From the NCBI GenBank assembly GCA_035517095.1, contig DATIZK010000064.1, positions 6,119 through 70,118 of the forward strand: DNA of 64,000 nucleotides, written 5' to 3'. The translations under genes were made by a program, and so were the position numbers. Shown piece by piece: positions 57,668-64,000 of this stretch. The first letter of the stretch is position 1. Every line of letters begins with the position of its first letter. Origin of the DNA: Burkholderiales bacterium. GTDB taxonomy: Bacteria > Pseudomonadota > Gammaproteobacteria > Burkholderiales > SG8-39. The notes below the pieces were generated by a model. That model saw only the letters and a program-made list of their open reading frames with translations. It was not told the DNA's origin and made no database searches.

Positions 57668-58072
57668 CTACCTCTGATCGCGCTTGGGCCAAGTGATATA
57701 GGCCACCAACTCCCAGATTTCACGATCGCTGAGTGTCGGCCACGGCGCCATCGCGGTCCCGGGCACTCCGTTGCGGATCGCGCCGTAGGTCCGCGCGGCG
57801 TTGGCCCGCTCCGACCAGGGCGGCAGGGTCAGATCGGCCGGCAACGGGTTCATGCCCTCTTGCCGCCGGCCCTGGCCGTTGCCGTGGACGCCATGGCAAA
57901 TGGCGCAGTTGGCCTCGAAGATGGCGCGGCCCGCCTGCCGCGCGTCGGGCGAGCTCAGCACTCCCGCGGGCGCCTCCGGCGCGGCGCCTTCACATCCCGA
58001 AATGACGAGCGAGGCCGTGAGAAGCGCGATGCCCAGGGGCGGATTCCGTTTCCGGAACGATCTCGTAGCCAA
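57668..58072 (-). CDS. Class I c-type cytochrome, probable lipoprotein
   Basis: Single haem motif CAICHG with distal GTAMAPW. Lipobox LVISGC after RKRNPPLGIALLTA. Start uncertain: TTG 58072 is chosen and ATG 58132 is an alternative. The 5' end overlaps the hydrogenase protease gene. Confidence 0.7.
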   Translation of the reverse strand: MATRSFRKRNPPLGIALLTASLVISGCEGAAPEAPAGVLSSPDARQAGRAIFEANCAICHGVHGNGQGRRQEGMNPLPADLTLPPWSERANAARTYGAIRNGVPGTAMAPWPTLSDREIWELVAYITWPKRDQR

Positions 58073-58562
58073 GGTTCTGCACCTCGCGCACGACGGCCGC
58101 GACCAGCCGCTCGAGCCCGCCGTCGACGGCATTCGAGCGCGCGACCGACAGCTCGATCGCATCCGGCACCAGCCCGAGCAGGACCAGCTCGGACGGGTAG
58201 CGGTCGATCAGGCGCGCCGCGTCGAGAAGGTCGGCGACGCCGACCTGGTGGGGAGACAGGCGATCGCGCACCGCGCCGGCGACGTCCGCGCCGTCGAGCC
58301 GCACCAGGCTTCCGGGCGGAGCGTCCGCGCGCACGGCGTCGACCAGGATCACCTTGTCGGAATCCGCGAGCAATCCGAGAAGCGAGAGCCCGAGCGTGCC
58401 GCCGTCCTCGAGGCGAACTTCCGGCGCGATCCGGTAGTCGCGCTCGATGCGGGCGATCGCGGCGGCGCCGAGCCCGTCATCGCCGAGCAGGACGTTGCCC
58501 AGTCCCAGGACGAGAACGCCGATCGGCCTCGATGGGGACTGCGGCGCGGGTTGGCTGCTCAC
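57990..58562 (-). CDS. [NiFe] hydrogenase maturation endopeptidase (HyaD/HupD/HybD family)
   Basis: GTG start forms a GTGA overlap with the cytochrome b stop. Reads IGVLVLGLGNVLLGDDGLG...ILVDAV...SPHQVGVADLL (metal ligands D..D..H pattern). About 190 aa. Confidence 0.85.
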   Translation of the reverse strand: MSSQPAPQSPSRPIGVLVLGLGNVLLGDDGLGAAAIARIERDYRIAPEVRLEDGGTLGLSLLGLLADSDKVILVDAVRADAPPGSLVRLDGADVAGAVRDRLSPHQVGVADLLDAARLIDRYPSELVLLGLVPDAIELSVARSNAVDGGLERLVAAVVREVQNLGYEIVPETESAPGHRASHGLARHFGM

Positions 58563-59254
58563 GAGGCGTCGGCGTTGCGCTTGGGCCAGAACTTGTGCCC
58601 GTTGAACATCGAATCGATTTCTCCGGAGTCCTCGATCATCGACCAAAGAATCACGGAGTAGACGTGGATGACCACGAATACCAGCACCACCCACATCGCG
58701 ACGTGGTGGATCAGCCGCGCCATCTGCAGCCCATCGAACAGCGGCACCAGGAACCCGAAAGCCTGCAACGGCGAACCCGAAGACGCGTCGACCGTGTAGA
58801 GGGCAAGGCCGGTGGCGATCAGGAGCAGATAGACCAGGAAGATGAAGCCGTAAGACAAGCCCGCCAGTCCGTCGTGTCCCGGCGTGGAGTCGGGATGGCG
58901 CCTGAGAAAGCAATAGTACAGAAACGTCTGCCAGACGCTGCGCAGGCGCCGGCCCGACAACGGGATGAGCTGGGACAGGCGCGCATAGCGATTGCCGGCG
59001 AACAGCCAGTAGATGCGGACCAGCACCGCGAGCGTGAACACGATCGCGGTATACAGGTGAACCGCGCGCACCGTCCCCATCACGAAGTGATATCTCGCCT
59101 GCCCCGCAACGGCGATGAAGGGATGGCCGATATAGAACCCGGTGCCGCACAGGACGAAGATCGCGAAGAAGAGCACCCAGTGCACCAGCCGCAGCGGGAG
59201 CTCCCAGATGTAGATCCGCACCTTGGGGGCGGAAGCGGGGCGCGCGGCGGCCAT
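58559..59254 (-). CDS. Ni/Fe-hydrogenase b-type cytochrome subunit (HyaC/HupC/HoxZ family)
   Basis: 231 aa, 4 TM. RIYIWELPLRLVHWVLFFAIFVLCGTGFYIGHP and LIHHVAMWVVLVFVVIHVY (haem His ligands). Confidence 0.9.
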   Translation of the reverse strand: MAAARPASAPKVRIYIWELPLRLVHWVLFFAIFVLCGTGFYIGHPFIAVAGQARYHFVMGTVRAVHLYTAIVFTLAVLVRIYWLFAGNRYARLSQLIPLSGRRLRSVWQTFLYYCFLRRHPDSTPGHDGLAGLSYGFIFLVYLLLIATGLALYTVDASSGSPLQAFGFLVPLFDGLQMARLIHHVAMWVVLVFVVIHVYSVILWSMIEDSGEIDSMFNGHKFWPKRNADAS

Positions 59255-59257
59255 GGC

Positions 59258-60967
59258 TCACATCACCGCGACGCGGGTCAGCTCGCGTTTGGTGGCGTCG
59301 ACCACGTGCACGCCGCAGGCCATGCACGGATCGAAGGAATGCACCGTGCGCAGGATTTCGAGCGGCTGCTCGGGCTTGGCGACCGGCGTGCCCACCAGCG
59401 CGGCCTCGTACGGGCCGGGATGCCCCTGCGAGTCCCGCGGACCGGCATTCCAGGTGCTCGGCACCACGCACTGGTAGTTCAGGATCGAGCCTTTGGCGAT
59501 GTGCACCCAGTGGCCCAGCGCCCCGCGCGGCGCCTCGTGAAAAGCGAAGCCCAGGCAATCGTCCGCCCAGCTCGCCGGCTCCCATTTCGAATTGTCCTGG
59601 ATGCGGTAGTCGCGGCGCGCCATGTTGTCGGCCAGGCCGCGCACCCATTTGTGCATCGACTCGACCAGCACCTGCGCCTCGACCGCGCGGGCGGCAACGC
59701 GCCCGAGGGTGGAGAACAGCGCCGCCGGGCCGACCCCGAGGCTCGACAGCACCTTGTCGATCAGTTCCTTGGCGCGCGCCGGCCGCCCCGCTTTGTAGGC
59801 CACCAGCATCCGCGCCAGCGGGCCGACCTCCATCGCCGCGCCGTCATAGCGCGGCGACTTCAGCCAGCTGTATTTCTGCTTCACCTCCAGGCGCTCATAA
59901 GGCGGCTTCGGTCCGGTGTAATTCGGATTGGTCTCGCCTTTGAACGGATTGAGCGCCGCGTCGTTGCCCTCGGCATAGCTGTACCAGGAATGGGCGATCT
60001 GCTCGGTGATCATGGCCTGGTCGACCATGTCGAGCTTGCCCAGGTCGCGGCCATGGATGATCCCCATCGGCAGGAACAACTCGGGTTGCGCGCTGTCATC
60101 CTCCGGAAATTCGCCGTAGCTCATGTAATTTCCGACCCCGGCGCCGATGGACGCCCAGTCCTTGTAAAAGGAGGCGATCGCGATCACGTCCGGCACGTAG
60201 ACGCGGCTGACGAAATCGACGCCCTCGGCCACCAATTTGTCCAGGGACGCGATCGTTTCCATGTTGAGCGAATTCTGGGAATCGGGATCGACCGGCGTTG
60301 CCATGCCGCCGACCAGGAAGCTCTGCAGGTGCGGATTCTTGCCGCCCAGAATGGCGTGGATCTTGATGAATCGGCGCTGCCAGTCGAGCGCCTCGAGGTA
60401 ATGCGCCACGGCCAGCAGGTTCGCCTCGGGCGGCAGCCGATAGGCGGGATGCCCCCAGTAGGCATTGGCGAAGGGCCCGAGCTGGCCGCGCTGCACGAAG
60501 GCCTTGACGCGCTCGCGCACGCCGGAGAAATAGGTCGTGCTGGACAGCGGCCAGTCCGAGATCGACTGGGCCAGAGACGAGGTCTTCGCCGGATCGGCCT
60601 TCAGGGCGCTCACGATGTCGACCCAGTCCAGCGCGTGCAGATGATAGAAATGGATCACATGGTCCTGCACGTTCTGCGCCGCCATGATGAGGTTGCGCAG
60701 CAGCCTCGCGTTGGACGGCGGCACCGCGCCGATGGCCTTCTCGACCGCACGAATCGAGGCGATCGCATGCACCGTGGTGCACACGCCGCAGATGCGCTGC
60801 GCGAAAGCCCAGGCGTCGCGCGGATCGCGGCCGCGCAGGATCAGCTCGATGCCGCGAAACATGGTTGACGAGGACCACGCCTCTTTCACGGCTCCGCTGG
60901 CAACTTCGGCCTCGACGCGAAGATGGCCTTCGATCCGCGTCACAGGATCGACCACGACGTGCGTCAT
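59258..60967 (-). CDS. [NiFe] uptake hydrogenase large subunit (group 1, HybC-like sequence)
   Basis: 569 aa. N-terminal DPVTRIEGHLR and RICGVCTTVH. C-terminal SFDPCMACGVH followed by a 15-aa cleavable tail VVDATKRELTRVAVM. Confidence 0.95.
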   Translation of the reverse strand: MTHVVVDPVTRIEGHLRVEAEVASGAVKEAWSSSTMFRGIELILRGRDPRDAWAFAQRICGVCTTVHAIASIRAVEKAIGAVPPSNARLLRNLIMAAQNVQDHVIHFYHLHALDWVDIVSALKADPAKTSSLAQSISDWPLSSTTYFSGVRERVKAFVQRGQLGPFANAYWGHPAYRLPPEANLLAVAHYLEALDWQRRFIKIHAILGGKNPHLQSFLVGGMATPVDPDSQNSLNMETIASLDKLVAEGVDFVSRVYVPDVIAIASFYKDWASIGAGVGNYMSYGEFPEDDSAQPELFLPMGIIHGRDLGKLDMVDQAMITEQIAHSWYSYAEGNDAALNPFKGETNPNYTGPKPPYERLEVKQKYSWLKSPRYDGAAMEVGPLARMLVAYKAGRPARAKELIDKVLSSLGVGPAALFSTLGRVAARAVEAQVLVESMHKWVRGLADNMARRDYRIQDNSKWEPASWADDCLGFAFHEAPRGALGHWVHIAKGSILNYQCVVPSTWNAGPRDSQGHPGPYEAALVGTPVAKPEQPLEILRTVHSFDPCMACGVHVVDATKRELTRVAVM

Positions 60968-62067
60968 GACTCGGACTCCCCATCGTTATCGGCCGCGGGA
61001 CTTCGCCCGCGGTGATGCCGTGCGACCTGGATCACGCCGTGGGCCACTGCTGCGGCGGTGGCCACGCCGACAACGCCGATCCCCACCGGGTCGACCCACT
61101 TGCCGACATTGAAGCCGGCGACTTCGGGCAGCCGCTGATAGAACGGCGTCATCGTGTCCCAGAAATTCGGCTCGGCACAGCCGATGCAGGGATGCCCGCA
61201 TCCGATCGGCCAGTTGGTGCCTTCGTTCCACCTCACGACCGGGCAATTTTGAGACGTCGCCGGGCCTTTGCAGCCCATCTTGTAGAGGCACTCGCCGTGG
61301 CGGTGCGCTTCGTCGCCCCAGGCCTCGACGTACTGCCCGGCGTCGAAATGCGCGCGCCGTTCGCAGTTGTCGTGGATCGACTTGCCGTAAGCGAACAACG
61401 GGCGCCGATACTGGTCGAGCGGCGGCAAGCGCTTCAAGGTCATGTAATAGACGATCAGCGCGGTGATGTTCTCCGCGTTGGCCGGGCAGGCCGGCATGTT
61501 GATGAGGTTGTTCACACCGGGCACCGCGTCGGCGACCGACAGCGCCCCGGTCGGATTCGGGCGCGCCGCCGGGATGCCGCCGAAGGCTGCGCAAGTACCG
61601 ACCGCGATCGTCGCCGCGGCACCCCCGCAGACCTCGCGCACGATATCGAGCCCGGAGCGGCCGCCGATCGTGCAGTAGGCGCCGTCGGCGCCGGTCGGTA
61701 TCGAGCCCTCGACCAGCACGATGTACTTGCCCTTGCTCTCGCGCACCGTCTGCTGCAGCGCGCTTTCGGCCTGGGCGCCCGCCGCCGCCATCAGCGTTTC
61801 GTGGTAGTTGAGGGAAATCAAATCCAGCACGAGCTCGGCCACCGTCGGATGGCTTGCGCGCAGGAGCGATTCGGTGTTGCCGGCGCAATCCTGGAATTCA
61901 AGCCAGACCAGGATCGGCTTGGGACCGTTTTCGACCGCCGCGGCGATCGCATGCTTCGCGCTCGCAGGAAGCGACAGCACCGCCGCCATCGAAGCGCAGA
62001 ATTGCAGGAAATCGCGCCGTGAAACGCCGCGATTTTCCAGCTCCTGGGCAAGGCCGTAGGCAATCAT
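60964..62067 (-). CDS. [NiFe] uptake hydrogenase small subunit with Tat signal and C-terminal membrane anchor
   Basis: Tat motif SRRDFLQFCASMAAV. Fe-S motifs GTCAAFGG, ACPANAEN, CERRAHFDAG, CLYKMGCKGP, GHPCIGCAEPNFWD. C-terminal TM VGIGVVGVATAAAVAHGVI. ATGA overlap with the large subunit. Confidence 0.95.
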   Translation of the reverse strand: MIAYGLAQELENRGVSRRDFLQFCASMAAVLSLPASAKHAIAAAVENGPKPILVWLEFQDCAGNTESLLRASHPTVAELVLDLISLNYHETLMAAAGAQAESALQQTVRESKGKYIVLVEGSIPTGADGAYCTIGGRSGLDIVREVCGGAAATIAVGTCAAFGGIPAARPNPTGALSVADAVPGVNNLINMPACPANAENITALIVYYMTLKRLPPLDQYRRPLFAYGKSIHDNCERRAHFDAGQYVEAWGDEAHRHGECLYKMGCKGPATSQNCPVVRWNEGTNWPIGCGHPCIGCAEPNFWDTMTPFYQRLPEVAGFNVGKWVDPVGIGVVGVATAAAVAHGVIQVARHHRGRSPAADNDGESES

Positions 62068-62146
62068 CGGCTACCTCCGCAAGACCCTTCGCGCTGTTTC
62101 GCCTTCAAACGCTACGCCTAGGCTATTGAAGATTTGCGAGACCGCT

Positions 62147-62160
62147 TTGATGCGAGTCAA
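62147..62160. promoter_or_regulatory. FNR/Dnr-like box TTGATGCGAGTCAA
   Basis: TTGAT-N4-GTCAA (9/10), centre about 86 nt upstream of the hydrogenase small-subunit ATG (62067). Confidence 0.5.
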
Positions 62161-62273
62161 TCGGGTGCGAATTAAAGCAGGCGAACGGCGTTTCGGGGAG
62201 CGGCGTCGGGAACGGCAAGCCGAGCCGGCCGGGCCCGCCGCCAACGCGCAACGACGTCCCCCCGACCGGCGGC

Positions 62274-62287
62274 TTGATTCAGGTCAA
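62274..62287. promoter_or_regulatory. FNR/Dnr-like box TTGATTCAGGTCAA
   Basis: TTGAT-N4-GTCAA (9/10), centre about 61 nt upstream of the hypB ATG (62342). Confidence 0.5.
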
Positions 62288-62341
62288 GCGGCAGGGCTGG
62301 GATACTGCTAGCTTGGCCCAAAGGAAGGCAAGCAAATCGAC

Positions 62342-63166
62342 ATGTGCACCACATGCGGATGCGGGCAAGGCGAGACGACCGTGCACGGCCACGTCCACGC
62401 GCATGACCATCACCATCACGAGCATGGCCATGGCGCCGAAGCCGACGCGCCCGAGCACGCGCACGCGCCGGGGCTGAGCGCGGCGCGAATGGTGCAGATC
62501 GAGCGCGACATCCTGAGCAAGAACGCCGAGTACGCCGAGGCGAACCGCGCCCGCCTCGCTGCGCAGGGCACGCTCGCCCTCAACCTGGTCTCCAGCCCGG
62601 GCTCGGGCAAGACCACTCTCCTTGTCGAGACGCTCGCGCGGCTGCGCGGGCGCTTCCCGCTCGCGGTGATCGAGGGCGACCAGCAGACCAGCCGCGACGC
62701 CGACCGCATCCGCGCCACCGGCGCGCCGGCGATCCAGATCAACACCGGCAAGGGCTGCCACCTCGACGCGCACATGGTCGGGCACGCGCTCGACCATCTC
62801 CCCGCGCTCGCCCAGGGCGTGCTGTTCGTCGAGAACGTCGGCAACCTGGTCTGCCCGGCAGGCTTCGACCTCGGCGAAGCGCACAAGGTGGTGATCCTCT
62901 CGGTCACCGAGGGCGACGACAAGCCGCTCAAGTATCCGGACATGTTCCACGCCGCCCGCCTGATGCTGCTCAACAAGATCGACCTGCTGCCCTACGTCGA
63001 CTTCGACCTCGAGGCCTGCTTCGAGCGCGTGCGCCGCGTGAACCCGGACATCGCGATCCTGAGCCTGTCCGCCCGCAGCGGCGAAGGGGTCGAGCGCTGG
63101 ATCGACTGGATCCAGGCCGAGCGCGCCTGCGCCGCCGCGAGCGCCTTGACCGAAGCACACCGATGA
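62342..63166 (+). CDS. hypB: Hydrogenase nickel incorporation GTPase HypB
   Basis: N-terminal CxxCGC (MCTTCGCG), His-rich stretch [18 protein letters not shown]-loop [25 protein letters not shown]. Confidence 0.95.
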   Translation: MCTTCGCGQGETTVHGHVHAHDHHHHEHGHGAEADAPEHAHAPGLSAARMVQIERDILSKNAEYAEANRARLAAQGTLALNLVSSPGSGKTTLLVETLARLRGRFPLAVIEGDQQTSRDADRIRATGAPAIQINTGKGCHLDAHMVGHALDHLPALAQGVLFVENVGNLVCPAGFDLGEAHKVVILSVTEGDDKPLKYPDMFHAARLMLLNKIDLLPYVDFDLEACFERVRRVNPDIAILSLSARSGEGVERWIDWIQAERACAAASALTEAHR

Positions 63167-64000
63167 GTCGGCTCGAGCGCGCGCTGAACGGCGTTCCGCG
63201 CCGCCCGCTGGCCCTGCTGCTGGCGACCCTGCTCGCGGCGAACGCCGTGGCCTGGCTCGCTGCGATCGGCCTGGCCACGGCCCGTCCCGGAACGCTCGCC
63301 CTCGCCGGCCTGGCCTGGATCCTCGGCGCGCGCCACGCCTTCGACGTCGATCACATCGCCGCGATCGACAACGTGACGCGCAAGCTGCGCCACGAAGGCG
63401 AGCGCCCGGTTGCGGTGGGCTTTTTCTTCGCGCTCGGGCACTCGAGCATCGTGGTCGCGCTGTGCGCCGCGGTCGCACTTGGGGCGCGCGGCCTGGCACC
63501 GCGATTCTCCGAGCTCTCCGCGTTCGGAGGCGTCTTCGGCACCGCGGTCTCGGCAGCTTTCCTGACCTTCATCGGGCTGGTCAACCTGCGCGTGCTGCGC
63601 CAGCTCGTGTGCGCCTGGCGGGCGCAGGGGCGCGCCGGTGCCCCGGATGGCGCGCACGAGCAGGAGATCGGGGCGCTGCTCGATCAGCGCGGCTTGTTCG
63701 CGCGCGCGTTCCGCTTCCTGCTTGCCCGGGTAAGCCGCAGCTGGCACATGTACCCGATCGGGGCGCTGTTCGGCCTGGGGTTCGACACCGCGACCGAGAT
63801 CGCGATCCTCGGCATCTCGGCGGGCCTGGCGACGACCGCCGCCTTCCCGCTGTGGGGCATCCTGGTGTTCGCGCTTCTGTTCACCGCCGGCATGACGCTC
63901 ATCGACTCGCTCGACGGCGTCGTGATGCTGCGGGCCTACCACTGGGCGATCCGCGACGCGCGGCGGCGCCTGAGCTTCAACGCCGTTATTACCGGGATGG
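63163..64000 (+). CDS. Nickel/cobalt transporter, NiCoT (HoxN/NixA) family; 3' end beyond window
   Basis: ATGA overlap with the hypB stop. Signature [14 protein letters not shown] (HX4DH), [19 protein letters not shown]. The frame is open to the window end, so it is absent from the ORF track. Confidence 0.9.
   Translation, partial: MSRLERALNGVPRRPLALLLATLLAANAVAWLAAIGLATARPGTLALAGLAWILGARHAFDVDHIAAIDNVTRKLRHEGERPVAVGFFFALGHSSIVVALCAAVALGARGLAPRFSELSAFGGVFGTAVSAAFLTFIGLVNLRVLRQLVCAWRAQGRAGAPDGAHEQEIGALLDQRGLFARAFRFLLARVSRSWHMYPIGALFGLGFDTATEIAILGISAGLATTAAFPLWGILVFALLFTAGMTLIDSLDGVVMLRAYHWAIRDARRRLSFNAVITGM

Noticed and set aside
57860-60868. 1002-aa plus-strand ORF across the hydrogenase operon, and 29550..32186 / 33193..35511 style giants elsewhere
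   Set aside because: All are antisense or out of frame to well-supported genes and show the same Arg/Ala/Pro-rich composition with no recognisable domains.
62068-62160. Possible sigma54 (TGGCAC-N5-TTGC) promoter for the hydrogenase operon, as in some hox/hup systems
   Set aside because: I found no GG-N10-GC element with the right flanks on the minus strand of this gap. Only the FNR-like box is recognisable.
62342-62460. CAC/CAT-rich repetitive DNA at the start of hypB
   Set aside because: It is not a tandem repeat or simple-sequence element of independent meaning. It encodes the His-rich nickel-binding stretch typical of HypB.

Overview
High-GC, densely coding chromosomal segment that looks betaproteobacterial; this is inferred only from gene content and order (phaCAB, narK1K2GHJI-ppiC). 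A direct count of 33241-33300 gives 46/60 G+C.

Gene content, left to right:
- phaC-phaA-phaB PHB operon on the minus strand, with phaB cut by the window edge.
- Housekeeping block: pgeF-rluD, bamD, an SDR epimerase, yoaA helicase and an NlpC/P60 lipoprotein.
- A TonB-like protein, an orphan CoxL/XDH-type molybdopterin large subunit and a DUF3014-like protein.
- Two RND efflux operons flanking a single TetR gene. The second operon continues into a BaeSR-like two-component pair and a DHA2 MFS pump.
- A 4CL-like CoA ligase.
- A complete respiratory nitrate reductase locus (narK1-narK2-narGHJI-ppiC), with a divergent hemerythrin gene and a Cys-less Crp/Fnr (Dnr-type) regulator.
- An aldo/keto reductase and a quinone oxidoreductase.
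- A mosaic, locally AT-richer accessory stretch (about 45.2-57.6 kb). It holds gene scars (ABC ATPase and ribokinase fragments), archease-RtcB, FadD, a GYD protein with an ACP-FAAL-acyltransferase fusion, a PAS-GGDEF-EAL protein, a YkuD-like protein, a TOPRIM-like fragment and an integrase remnant abutting tRNA-Ser(CGA).
- A membrane-bound [NiFe] uptake hydrogenase operon (small subunit, large subunit, cytochrome b, maturation protease, lipoprotein cytochrome c) with divergent hypB and a Ni/Co transporter that is cut by the window edge.

Most interesting observations:
- Seven FNR/Dnr-type boxes (TTGAT-N4-RTCAA) all lie in intergenic promoters. They link nitrate respiration, H2 uptake and Ni supply to several accessory genes.
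- A GYD protein plus a self-contained ACP-FAAL-TM-LPLAT fusion sits behind a perfect box.
- An archaeal/eukaryal-style archease-RtcB pair has no RtcA or RtcR nearby.
- The hydrogenase small subunit reads DCAGN where the canonical proximal-cluster motif is ECTGC.

No CRISPR array, rRNA or intact mobile element was seen. All calls rest on motif reading of the supplied translations and the DNA; no database search was possible.
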